Shown: positions 50,088 to 63,189 of the stretch, piece by piece
Layout: every line of letters begins with the position of its first letter
Position numbering within the stretch: the stretch's first letter is position 1
Assembly (NCBI RefSeq): GCF_006345805.1
Contig: NC_042997.1
Coordinates: 116,684,001-116,748,000, forward strand
Source of the DNA: Octopus sinensis
Lineage: Eukaryota
Length of the DNA: 64,000 nucleotides
Reading direction: 5' to 3'
Position numbers and translations under genes: made by a program
Notes under the pieces: generated by a model
What the model was told of the DNA's origin: nothing
Databases searched by the model: none
What the model saw: only the letters and a program-made list of their open reading frames with translations

Positions 50088-50610
50088 TATGTATGTATGT
50101 ATGTATGTATGTATGTATGTATGTATGTATGTATGTATGTATGTGTGTGTGTGTATGTGTGTACATGTATGTGCGTATGCATGTATGCATACCTGTACGT
50201 ATGTATGTATGTATGTAAGTATGTACGAGAGTGTGTAGACGTGTCTGTGTGTACATGAGTATGTACATGTGAATGTATGTTTATGTACTAATATGTGTCA
50301 GTTCAAGTTGCATACATGACTGTTACTTTGTATACACACACATATACATGTACATAGACACATACACATATGTGTGTGTGTGTATGTGTGTGTGTGTTGT
50401 GTGTGTGTGTGTGCGTTTGTCCCTCTCACCACCATCTAACGATGAAAGGATACAACGTCTTAGATACATATATGCACATATAATCTTAAACATTTATACA
50501 AGTACACACAGTCATATAGACACTTACACACACTCACAAATATACGTATAATCTTAAAGTGTACACACATATACGCTTATCGATCTCTACATATAGAACT
50601 GCTGTAGTAA

Positions 50611-51044
50611 TTTTTTTTCTGACAAATTGACCTTTCCTTATCATATAAGACTTATATCTGATGTCTTCGTAGACAACATTTCTGACTGTTCCTTCTGACA
50701 CAGAGATCTTTTGCAATTGACCTCATGGACTTTCTGGGATTGTAATCAATGGGTTGTTGAACTTGCTGGATAAATTCAGGTGTTCTGATGATTTCAGTGC
50801 ATTTAGAATGCTTTGATACTGGTGACACGTTACCATCTTCAGTTTCTAGCGCCTTACAATTTTTGTAGACGAAAGATCTGGCAACTTTTAAAAATCGAGA
50901 TATTTCTAAATCACTATGCTCAGCCTTTATAACCACAATAACTTCTTGAGTAAGCTGATGATCTGCCATTATTATTTTCGGTAAATAAAGATTATATAGA
51001 GTTAGTAAAAAATGCAGCAATGACCCATTACTTTACGCACCCTG
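50611..51044 (-). mobile_element. Truncated Tc1/mariner-superfamily element (maT/rosa-like), one end plus transposase N-terminus
   Basis: TA|CAGGGTGCGTAAAG terminus; RTPEFIQQVQ..IDYNPRKSMRSIAKDL / VSEGTVRNVVYEDIRYKSY..RKGQF (HTH region). Confidence 0.8.
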
Positions 51045-51117
51045 TATATATATATATATATGGCATATACAGGTGCTTACACTTATCAAGTATTCACTCT
51101 AAATTTACAGTACCTAC

Positions 51118-51149
<32 letters not shown>

Positions 51150-51159
51150 ATAATATATA

Positions 51160-51285
51160 TACACGATGGTCTTCTTTCAGTTCCCGTTTACCAAATTCAC
51201 TCACAAGGCTTTGGTCGGCCCGAGGCTATAGTTGAAGTCCCACGAGGTGGGACTTAATACGGAACTATGTGGTTGGGCTACAGTT
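51160..51285 (-). mobile_element. SINE family B fragment
   Basis: TCTTTCAGTTCCCGTTTACCAAATTCACTCACAAGGCTTTGGTCGGCCCGAGGCTATAG. Confidence 0.75.
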
Positions 51286-51682
51286 GAATATTTTTAATGC
51301 CGTGGACAGAATCGGATTGGATGGTACTGCTTCGTGTCGAAGTCATAGGCATTGCTAATAGGGCAGCTGGAGGCAGGTTGTGAGTGTCCATTTGTATATA
51401 TGCATGTGCATATATCTATATAGATGCAAACAAAGTAAGCACATCAATGCAAACAAGGTGGAAAAAATAGTACTCAAATACCAAGGTTGAGTAATATGTT
51501 ATTTATTAAGCCGAAGCAAAATGTTTACAAATTCCGACGAACGGTAATGTGAAACTGAGTAAGAGATTGTGAAGAGTTTTTACCGCTATATGTATGTGTG
51601 TGTGTGTGTGTGTGAGTGTGTGTAAACAAGTGTGTAGTATGGATATGTGTTTATGTCTGTGTAAATATGCACATGTTTATCC

Positions 51683-51722
<40 letters not shown>

Positions 51723-51752
51723 TATATATATAATTATATATACACATAAATG

Positions 51753-52170
51753 TTTCTTATTTCTTTATTGCACACAAGGGGCTAAATATAGAGGGTACAA
51801 ACAAGGGCAGACAAAGGGATTAAGTCGATTACATCGACCCCAGTGCGTAACTGGTTCTTATTTTATTGACCGCGAAGGATGAAAGGTAAAGTCGACCTCG
51901 ACGGAATTTGAACTCAGAGCGTAAAGACAGACGAAATACCTATTTCTTTACTACCCACAAGGGGCTAAACACAGAGAGGACAAACAAGGACAGACAAACA
52001 GATTAAGTCGATTATAGCAACTCCAGTGCGTAACAGGTACTTAATTTATCGACCCCGAAAGGATGACAGGCAAAGTCGACCTCGGCGGAATTTGAACTCA
52101 GAACGTAACGGCAGACGAAATACCGCTATCCATTTCGCCCGGCGTGCTAACGTTTCTGCCAGCTCACCTC
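51753..52170 (-). mobile_element. Dimeric family A SINE
   Basis: Head plus two body units with the shared AAAGAAATA|GGTATTTCGTC junction. Confidence 0.88.
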
Positions 52171-52394
52171 CTAAAACGCATATATATTTCTGTAGTTATC
52201 AAAACACACAAACACACGCTTACGCACACACACACATATGTATATGAAATGTATTTAGCTGATAACATGTAAGCCTCGGAGTAGAAGCTTAAATGGTACC
52301 CCTCAGATATTTCACTGTTAAATAATTATACACTATACGTTGTTTTAGATATTTTCGTCTCCATCATATCAAGCAAAGTGGTCTGCCAATCTGC

Positions 52395-52525
52395 TTACTT
52401 ACCTATCTGCGTACCTTCCTATCTTCCTACCTACCTACCTACCTACCTACCTACTACCTACCTACCTACCTACCTACCTACCTGCCCACCTACCTACCTA
52501 CCTACCTACCTACTTACCTACCTAC
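52395..52525. repeat. (TACC)n microsatellite
   Basis: Direct reading. Confidence 0.95.
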
Positions 52526-52665
52526 TTATACATGTATGTACGTATATATGTACGTATATATATATGTATGCGTATATATGTATATGTAGACATGTTATGT
52601 ATGCATTTATGTATGTATGCATGTATGTATGTATGTATGTATGTATGTATCTATCTATCTATCTA

Positions 52666-52712
<47 letters not shown>

Positions 52713-53085
52713 TATTTGAAAACAGTTGCCCTCAATAACATATGAATATGAGAGTGCCGGCAATATGTGACTGTGTATGTACATGTTTATATGTGTGTCA
52801 TAGAGTGGCCGAAAGAAGAACGCAGAGAGGAGACCAAATTTGTATGAGAGGAACGCATGCACAAACACAAATCAAAAGATTGAGATATATGCAAATAATA
52901 TACAAGTGGATTAGCGGGATGACCATAATTAGAGATCCTCTCTTGACTCGGTACACGCTGTTTTTCTACGCTTAGAGTGAAATTTAATATACTAAACATG
53001 ACTAAATAATTTAATAATATTAATACAAGTTATGAGATAATATGTTTGTATATGTTATGTTCATATGCATACATACATATATTAC

Positions 53086-53247
53086 AGGCTTAGGAGTGGC
53101 TGTGTTGTAAGTAGCTTGCCTACGAACTACATGGTTCCGGGTTCAATCCCACTGCGTGGCACCTTGGGCAAGTGTCTTCTACTATTGCCACGGGCCAACC
53201 AAAGCCTTGTGAATGGATTTGGCAGACAGAAACTGAAAGAAGCCCGT

Positions 53248-53281
<34 letters not shown>

Positions 53282-53635
53282 TAAACAGTAACATTAATTA
53301 CAGACATGGACAAGAACATGAAACACCACAGAGACGACACAAGAACCACAGGACGGGACATTCGAAGCCCTCAGTCATCAGTCAAGAACCAGATCATCTT
53401 AGCAATTTCGGCTGATGTGTCTATGTTTGTGTGTCTGTGTTTGTACCCCCAAAATCGCTTGACAACCGATGCTGGTGTATTTACGTCTCCGTAACTTGGT
53501 GGTTCGGCAAAAGAGACCGATAGAATAAATACTAAGTTTACAAAGAATAAGTCCTGGGGTCGATGTGCTCGACTAAAGGCGGTACTCCAGCATGGCCACA
53601 GTCAAATGACTGAAACAAGTAACAGAGTGAAAGAA
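53086..53635 (+). mobile_element. SINE family B with a ~140-bp insertion in its internal TA tract
   Basis: Family B head to 53250, (TA)n, foreign segment 53281-53420, then the family B 3' half. Confidence 0.85.
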
Positions 53636-53781
53636 CATAGATACATACATACGTATATACATACGGACATACATACATACACCCCCATACATACATACAC
53701 CCCCACACATATATACACACATAAATGTATATTTCTATGTATGAATGTATGTACGTTTTATGTATGTGTGCGTATATATAC

Positions 53782-53827
<46 letters not shown>

Positions 53828-53872
53828 AAATATATGTGTATAGATATATATATATAAGTATATGTGTATATA

Positions 53873-53915
<43 letters not shown>

Positions 53916-54399
53916 ATAAATATAAATGAGATAACAAAAATAAACAATTATCTTATGTGCTTCATTAGCTGTCCGCTGTTTCTGCTATAAGATGTCGTGG
54001 ACTCAAAGTTGAGTGGCTGAATAACGCCTTACAGCTTCATCGGAGCTTCAAATATAAAGAGTAATATATTTAGATAAAGAATTGCATTCACGCAAATTTA
54101 TAAGGAAAGGCATTTGGGAGGAGCCCTTGATTTTCATCCCTAACGCACAAACATGCTCTCTGATTGGTAACGCGTTTTCCTGTATAAATGCATAAATGTA
54201 ATTTTTCCCCCAAATATATTACACTTCATATTCAGCATTTCGATAAAACTTAAAGGCGTTACTCAGGTACACAACTATGAATCCACTGTAAATTATACCA
54301 GAAACAGCTGTATTTAGTCTCTGTTATTAGTCTCCCAATGCATAAGCGAAATATTAAAACGTGTGTGTGTATGTGTGTATATGTGTATATATGTAGAAG

Positions 54400-54990
54400 G
54401 TTGAAAAGGAACACACAAGTTGATATATATGGAAAAAAAAGTCAAGGTAGAAAATGCTAAAATAATTTTATAAAAAAATATTTCAGTATCAGTTTTAGTC
54501 ATTGTGACCTTTTCAACTGTAAGTATGGAAAACCATTAAATTTTGGAAAAATTAAATGAAAAGTTATTTTAAAAGAATATTTGCATAGTATTCAAATACA
54601 AGGGTCATTTTCCTTGTTTCTGCCTGTCTCTGTCCCTCTTGTTTACTCTTGTGTTTGCATTAGAAACTATAGTATATATACTTTTTTGCTAGGTTGAAGG
54701 GATGTTCATTCTAGTGTGTCTTGGGTGCTATGAGTTGAACGGTAGATATTGCTTGGAGTCCGTGGGCTTCTTTTACGTTGTTAGATTTCTTAACGAGGAT
54801 GTCGAGGAAGTGAAGTTGTTGATGGCTATATTCCACCGTGAATTGAATGTTTACGTCAAGTCCATTTATAAGTACTTGGAATTCTTCAAGTCTCTTTATA
54901 CTTTCATGCCAAAGAATGAAACAGTCATCCAGGTATCTCTTCCAGTGTTCTTGGCCATTTACATTAGATTCACACAAATGGGAGTTGAAA
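54400..54990 (-). mobile_element. Penelope-like remnant: reverse transcriptase fragment joined to 3' UTR
   Basis: WKRYLDDCFILW...F..LINGLDVNIQFTVEYSHQQLHFLDILVKK (YxDD and downstream PLE RT motifs); UTR with HHR-like 54481-54522 homologous to 22318-22359. Confidence 0.85.
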
Positions 54991-55806
54991 TTTGAAACTA
55001 AATCGATATTAAATAATGCTAATATTATTTTAGATATGTATTACATAAATTATCTGCATTTAATAACCAATTACCTATGTAGAATACTTTTATTTAATTC
55101 ATTGAATGAGCTTCTTCACTTTCGTTTCTGTCTTCATTTGTCGAAGTTACGGATGCCGCCATTGCATTTCTTAAGCGGTCACGAAACTCCATTATTTCCT
55201 GCTGCTGTAGTCTCTTTGTGATCATATCCTTTTGAAGTGACATCGTTTGCAAAACGTAGTTGTCTCTAAAGTAAGGATGTTTTTCAAGAAATTTAACACT
55301 ATCTCCACAGACTTTTTTGTATTATCCCATGATATTTCCTCATTAGAGTGTTCTTGGCCATTTACATTAAACTCACACATATAGTAGTTGTCGCTGTCGC
55401 TAATTTCATGACCATTATTTTCTTCAGGAGATTGTTCAGTGGTTTCTTCATCTTGTCGCAACCATATTTTAGCTATACTAGTCGGAGGCAGCTTTTTTCT
55501 ATCCCCAAAGGTTTTTCAAACCAATATTTACATGTTATTACTTATAGCTTTATGCGTACTTTGAGATCCAGTTCCAAAACAAATTTATATATGCTTGTAT
55601 ATATACGAAGGAGTGCTGAAATGTCTTTGGCTCTGAGTAAAAGAAAATATAGGAGGATCAGTTAATTATGGTTTTATATTTTATTCACGGACTTGTAGCG
55701 GTAATTCAATTTTTCTAAGCTCTATAACAGAACTCGGAAATTTGGGCCTCCAACCAAGCCTTTCGCTATGCCCTTAAAGCCAGGAAGTCTTCAGTACCAC
55801 GAACTC

Positions 55807-55865
<59 letters not shown>

Positions 55866-55965
55866 GTGAAATAGATTCTTGAGTTTTGCCATGGGCTCTT
55901 AGGAGCCTAGTTCGATTTGTTTTGCTCCGCCTCTGTTCTGGTTTTGTTTTTTCAAACGGATTTCC

Positions 55966-56058
55966 TATTTCTTCCTGAAGAGAAAGACACAATATGGTCT
56001 CATTATTCAATCGGATTTTGGTAAATTGTGCCTTTCGAAACACGTGTAGAATGAAATA
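55966..56058 (+). ncRNA. Type I hammerhead ribozyme (fully canonical core), predicted cleavage after A56048
   Basis: Stem I TATTTCTTC/GAA(T)GAAATA; CTGAAGA 55975-55981; stem II GAAAG/CTTTC + CACAAT/ATTGTG; GAAAC-ACGT-GTA with palindrome ACACGTGT. Confidence 0.85.
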
Positions 56059-56186
56059 AAACGATTTCTGTTCAATCTTCGTTCAGCTCCATTTCTTCAA
56101 TTCACCAATAATATATATATATATAATTAAGAGGAATGACCACCAAGGTGGACTCCTTAGTGGTCATTCCTATTAATTTTGTATGT

Positions 56187-56423
56187 AATATAATTTTTAA
56201 TCTCCGAAATATGCTAAGGCACTGGTTTTAATTGATTAATATCAATTTCTACCCTCATTATTTTATATATATATATATATATATAAAATAATGAGGGTAG
56301 ACATTGATATTAATCAATTAAAACCAGTGCCTTAGCATATATATAAAATAATGAGGGTAGAAATTGATATTGATCAATTAAAACCAGTGCCTTAGCATAT
56401 TTCGGAGATTAAAAATTATATTA
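56187..56423. repeat. Tail-to-tail foldback centred on (TA)n, with a 60-bp tandem duplication in the right arm
   Basis: 56187-56265 is the reverse complement of 56344-56423; 56281-56340 is duplicated at 56341-56400. Confidence 0.85.
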
Positions 56424-57355
56424 TATATATATATATTTTAATTTTCATCTCACTAAATTTATCCAGCTATTGTGTATCTAGTTCACTCTTCGCCTTGAAT
56501 GTAATGATATATGAATAATATATGGCGTGTACTGATACACCGGCGATTATAATTAATTTTATTGTATCGCATTTATCTTTGTTTATATATATATATATAT
56601 ATGTATAAATTGAGGGTAGAACAGGAAGAACACAAACGGAAACCATCAAAACACCACATGCGGAAAAATTGACGACAACACGACAAACGGCAAACAGGAC
56701 AAAAACAAGATACACCGATCATTTGCAGCTAATTATCTTTTCAGTCGAAATTTGGAATGTCTTTGTAGTTTCGCCCCCTTATCTCCGATCCTACTCGAAT
56801 CCGGCGGAGCCAGGGACTTAAGCTAAAAGCATTAAGCCTCTGAGAAAGGCAAACAAATGTGTACAAGAACGAAAACAGGAACAGAAACAAAATCGAGAAA
56901 GCTAGAATTATACACGAACGACAGAACGCCTTTCGGTTATGTATGTATGCATTTAGAGAAAGAGTTACGCGAGAGAGAGAGAAATAGAGGGAGAGAGAGA
57001 GAGAGAAAGAGAGGTAAAATCGGCTTAAAACATTGACTAAGGGAAGATTAAATCTGTTTCTACGTACACGAAAATAAATATTCATATTCTGTAAACTGGC
57101 AGTTCCTGGACGGAGTATTTCGTTTCTGGCAAAACGATGACGATTTCGTGCAGGAGCGATAAATATATAGAATATGAATATTTATTTTCATGTGAGCACA
57201 TTGAGGTTTAATTTTCACCCACGTCAAAGACTTTAAGCTGTTTTTCCATTTCTGTGAATAATATTCAGAGACGAAATTTCTCTTTTCATTTGAGTTTGCA
57301 GCTAAAATTACTACGTAGAGATAATAACGAATTACATCTGCGAAATATCTGTCTT

Positions 57356-57356
<1 letters not shown>

Positions 57357-57424
<68 letters not shown>

Positions 57425-57425
57425 A
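57357..57425. repeat. (CTA)n microsatellite
   Basis: Direct reading. Confidence 0.95.
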
Positions 57426-57732
57426 CACTTCTATACAAGAGGGAGGACAAGATACAATTGATCGAAATTACAAGAGACAGGCTAATAATTCCAGTCTGTT
57501 ATATATTTTGAGTATTGTTATCACTAGCGATATCAAGATATAACTTTGTATTTTGTATTTTATGTGTAGATGTATATATATAGATGTACATGTAATATGT
57601 ACACATATATATACACATATATACATGCACTAGCACTATGACTCGGCAACGATGGGTCTTTAATGCTAGTGTATATATATATATATATGTATTTATGTAT
57701 GTATGTATGTATGTTTATGTATATATACATGT

Positions 57733-57810
<78 letters not shown>

Positions 57811-58029
57811 ATAAGATTCTACAGAGCCTTTTTTTCTTTTGTCTGATGTGTTCGGTCAGTGTAATCCATGTCACATAACTGCATGTGAAAACTTAGAAAC
57901 TCCTCTTAGATAGGGAATTTTACATATGTTTCTTAACTACAAACGATCCACGAAATTTATTAGTTTAAGTTATGAGAATAATTTACCTGTACGAGGCTGT
58001 GTATGCGGTAATTATCTTGCGTTAATATA

Positions 58030-58443
58030 TTTATTTCTTTATTGCCCGCAGGGGGTTAAACATAGAGGGGAAAAACAAGAATAGACAAAGGGATTAAATC
58101 GATTACATCGACCCCAGTGCGTAACTGGTACTTATTTAATCGACTCCGAAATGATGAAAGGCAAAGTCGACCTTGGCGGAATTTGAACTCAGAACGTAAC
58201 GGCAGACAACATACCTATTTCTTTACTACCCACAAGGGACTAAACACAGAGAAGACAAACAAGGACAGACAAACGGATAAATCGATTATATCGACCCCAG
58301 TGCGTAACTGGTACTTATTTAATCGACCCCGAAAGGATGAAAGGCAAAGTCGATCTCGGCGGAATTTGAACTCAAAACGTAACGGCAGACGAAATACGGC
58401 TACGCATTTCGCCCGGCGTGCTAGCGTTTCTGCCAGCACGCCG
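58030..58443 (-). mobile_element. Dimeric family A SINE
   Basis: Head plus two body units; probable 13-bp TSD TCTTG(C/A)GTTAATA at 58015-58027 and 58444-58456. Confidence 0.88.
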
Positions 58444-59914
58444 TCTTGAGTTAATACACTGAGGTGGCTTTTGGGTGCTGATATAGATAGCTTTGCGCTT
58501 GTTGAGTATAGATAAGCTGTTACACTGAAGCAAATGTAAAATAATTGTTGTTGTGGCACGTCTGCTCTGATCTGCTGTTGTAATCCTCGTATTGCCTTAT
58601 CTCTTGCCCGTGTTGTGTCTTTCTCTAGTAGGTATCATGCTAAACAAGTGATATCATTAGATGTTTATCATTAGCAACTGATGTTCATGCCTTCCATTCT
58701 CCTTCTTGATGTCCTAGTTCAGTGTTGCCTGTACACTTCGATAGAAGCTAGGATGTTCACGTAGATAGTGAATCCCACCTCATTAGTGCTAATAATTACT
58801 TTTCTGTATTTGCAATATTTTGGGAGTTTTATATAGCATAGACCCAATATTAGTCCTTGGAGCTTTCTCCATGACAGCGGGTTTGCTTCTTATGCTGTGT
58901 GTTTATCCGTTTGAATAATCGACTTCCGCTCCATTCTTATTTTTAGTTTTATTTATTTTTTGTCATTCATCATGGTATTTCTGTTGCATTACTTCAACAA
59001 GAAGTAGTGGCTGAAATAATATCCCCAGTTTTTGCTTTAGGTACATTAGTCCTGCGTTTTAATATTAGTGTTAGTACACTGAAGTGGAAAATTTTGATAG
59101 CATACGAACGAGAAAATTTCTTTTTTCTTTTTTCTCTCAATCTGTGCAATTCTCTTCTAGAAACTCTAGCGACTCAAGTTTTCTTCATATATCCTTTCCA
59201 ACAGATCTCTTTTGAAGTTTCCATGCCTAGAGGAGTAGAAGAATTTCTGCGATTTTCCATTTTTGTCTTGCCATTTTCTTATTTTATATGATTTTTATTT
59301 ATTTTTCATTTATACCATACACTGCTTAGGATCTACCATATAAAAGTTTAGCAATTATGAAAAAGTCTAAAGTACTACTTTCCGATATTATTTTTTATTT
59401 ATGATTGCTGCTTAGAACTTACGACATAAAAGTCCAAAAATAGTTTTAAAGTATCTTAAATATGAGGTAGTACAAGAAAACTACTTTATGATTTCTATTT
59501 CTGTATATATTTTTAAAAAAACTTTTGTCAGAAGGTAAGGCAGTGCACATGATGTGTTACAGGACCTGCAAAACAGACTGGTGGGAGGAAGATAACCTCA
59601 AACCGAAAACCGGTGGGTTGTAAGTAGTAATAATAATAGGCTTAACCTTGGCAATGCTACAAGGGATATCAACCCATCGCAGAGGTTAAGTCTACTGTGA
59701 TTACCGCTTATAACCTACTGTTTCAAAGATCAACAGTAGCCTTGGAGTGTTTAACTTTTGTAGGAAACTATTACAGCTTGCACACATTCACGCACACATA
59801 CACATGCGCACGCATACATACGTATGTGTTCTATTTTCGTTTTGGAAACATCGAAACATTTGAAAATAAGTAATCTTTTTTAAAGAAACAAATACTAATG
59901 AATCTATAAATAAA

Positions 59915-60270
59915 TCTCTCTCTATATAAAGCTGCAGTTGTCTGTGTATGGCAGGTTTGGTAGCCTTCAACTAACACTATCTCCTCCGAGACCCTGTGGC
60001 GCAAGCTGACCAAAATTGAGAGCGTGATAGAAGAAGGCTTGCTCTTCCTTCCGTAGAAGAAAAAATTCAAAAAGTTGCTTTTTTTCTATGAAAATCCCTA
60101 TTTTTTTACGATTTTTTGACTGCTGTGTCGCCATTTTTCGGTGTATTTCAACCAGAAAAATGTTCACTCAAAGAGAATAACAAGCTACACGATGCAAAAT
60201 CTTTACTTTTCAAAAGTTCCAATTCTAAAGGGTCGAAACAAACCCGACCAACGTCGGGCGATACTGCTAG
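59915..60270 (+). mobile_element. Non-autonomous Helitron
   Basis: 5' TC...; 3' CCCGACCAACGTCGGG hairpin + CTAG then T; same family as 2027-2367. Confidence 0.85.
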
Positions 60271-60536
60271 TAAATAGATAAGCAACATCTCGCTAAACAT
60301 CGGGTAATATTCAAACAGCTATAAGTTGACCGACTCACGCACAAAATTTGAAGCACGACATCAGATCAAAAATTATCGGGACTGTTGGTATAACAAGAAA
60401 ACTACAACATATATCAGTTCGATGTTTAATCTCCTTCGAAAGCCACACGCTTTATCCAGAGTAGTTTCCATCGATGGAAGCATTCCTGGGACTCCTATGC
60501 CTCGTCGCATTCTCTTGGATTTCCTCGAGATACTCT

Positions 60537-60934
60537 TTTTTACTCTTTTACTTGTTTCAGTCTTTTGACTGTGGCCATGCTGGAGCACCGCCTTTCAGTC
60601 GACTTATTAAGCCTAGTACTTATTCTATCGGTCTCTTTCGCCTAACCGCTAAGTTACGGGGCCGTAAACACACCAGCATCGGTTGTCAAGCGATGGTGGG
60701 GGGACAAACACAGTCACACACACACACCACACACACACACATATATATATATATATACATACATATATACGACGGGCTTCTTTCAGTTTCCGTCTACCAA
60801 ATCCATTCACAAGGCATTGGTCGGCCTGAGGCTATAAGTAGAAGACATTTGCCCAAGGTGCCACGCAGTGGGACTGAACCCGGATCCATGTGGTTGGTAA
60901 GCAAGCTACTTACCACACAGCCACTCCTACGCCT
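60537..60934 (-). mobile_element. SINE family B, full length
   Basis: Reverse complement of the family B consensus. Confidence 0.9.
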
Positions 60935-61594
60935 ATCTTCAAATCTTGATTTTTCTTTCAAGTGAGATTTGAATTTTGGGAAAATACTTGGCCGCAAAAA
61001 TCTTCAAGCAGTGTCTCTTTTCACACACACACACGTACACGTACACACACACAAACATGCACGCACTTTCACTACCATGGACATCGATGAAACCTCTCTG
61101 GGGTGGTGAAACGACGGCACTCTACCCACTTTACTCTCAAGCACTGCTCTAAACAACGGATGTGAGCGCGAACCTTATAACTTGACCTTGAGTTCAAGCT
61201 AAATCTGTGCCACACGTACTCTACGTCCGTTCGTTACCATAGCAAGAACCCCGATACTCCTTGATTGGACCTCGTTCATGTCTGCCATACATCAGACAGA
61301 CGTAATAAAACACGACATGAAGGTGAACCTGACAACTTTCAACCGTCCAATAAAACTTTTATGTGTTTAAGCAAGAAGTCAATAAATTTGGGTTGGCTTT
61401 GTTCGAAGTGCTAACAAATTTGAAAACATATAAGTAAATATGAAGCTATGAAGACATTAATATATTATTTGGACACATGTGCACACACCTACACATATCT
61501 TTTTTATATATACGTATGCATATAGATATATAGATATGTGTCGATGTATCGATAAGCACGTGTGTCTTTCTGCGTGTGAATTTTTGTTGTAATA

Positions 61595-61626
61595 CATACA
61601 TACATATCATACATACATACATACAT

Positions 61627-61675
<49 letters not shown>

Positions 61676-61752
61676 TACATACATACATACATACATACAT
61701 ACATACATACATACATACATACATACACATACATACATACATACATATACAC
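61595..61752. repeat. (TACA)n/(CA)n microsatellite
   Basis: Direct reading. Confidence 0.95.
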
Positions 61753-62700
61753 ACATGACCATGTATAGATAGATAGGGCATATATACAGAAAAGAGACTC
61801 CAGAGAATTATCTGTTTGATCGTTAAATACATATCTGTGTTGGTCACCAAAAATACGTAATGTTGCCCTATAAATTTCTTTTATTCTGTTTTAACGACCT
61901 ACAAGAGAGATAAATGCAGCAGATCAATTCCCCTGTGGTATCATAAAAGTATGAATGCCAGTCGAAACTAGATTCACATTTTGCAAGACTCTGACCAGAT
62001 CTACACTGATATACTGCTCGCATGTATGCGAATGAGGGGAGGGAGCAGTTTCTCCTGCTGTTGCAATTACCTTATACATCTCTGACAGAATCGAGGTCAT
62101 ACAACTGATTAGCAAGATTTTACTCCCTAACACAGTTCAACTATTGGCAAATTGATGTGTTATGGTTTTATTTCCCTATGCCCCTATTCTATCGCTATAA
62201 GTGCTTGTACGTCTCTATAATCTATAACTGCACTCATCCAAATTTATGCGACCACTCACGATTACACCTTCGGTTTCTTTCATTATAACTCACTCACTTC
62301 CCAGGTTTCTTCTTACTGAGCATTCTGTCCTCCTCAAGGCTGCTCCGCTCTGTAAGGCCACGTGTGTATTGCAAACGTGGACTTGAAAAATATCCAAAAT
62401 GATCAACAACCACATTTATTTCGCCAACTGAGAGAACATGTAGAGTTACTGTTTGTCCTGTCTTTCTTCTCTAACAGACATGAAAACATGCTCTTGTTGC
62501 TGCTGCTCTTGTTGCTGCTGCTCTTGTTGCTAGTGTTGTTGATTCTGAACCTGATTAAATAAAACTGCTACTAACGTGTCCGACTAACAATTTACTCACT
62601 TGCACACAGACAAGCACTTAACTGCACGCCACGTATTAATGCAAAGAAACTTACGAATAACACCTTTGAAATACATATTTGCGTAAAAACACAGATAGAG

Positions 62701-62755
<55 letters not shown>

Positions 62756-63133
62756 ATATACAAACACGCGTACACACAGACGCACATGTGAGCTTCTTGA
62801 AGACTTAGGAAAGTAACTATACAATCAGTGATATGTACACGTAGCATGTGCAATATTTTCTCTGAATACCATTAATTTCTTTAAGGTCTCAAGAGATTAC
62901 TTTTGTTGTTTTCCTATTAATTTCATTTTAAAAATGTCTTTTTCGTTTAGAATTGTTCGTTTGGGTATTGTTTTCTCACTCTTCCATTTTATACATCCAT
63001 ACGTTGACTAACAGACACATTTATATGCTCTCACACACATATACACGCACATACACGCATATAATATACATTTATATGCGTAAACATATACGTATATATA
63101 TATATATATATATGAATTTATATATGGGTATGT

Positions 63134-63188
<55 letters not shown>

Positions 63189-63189
63189 T

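Noticed and set aside
58620-59300. Possible decayed GIY-YIG or LINE coding remnant
   Set aside because: Only weak motif hints requiring several frameshifts
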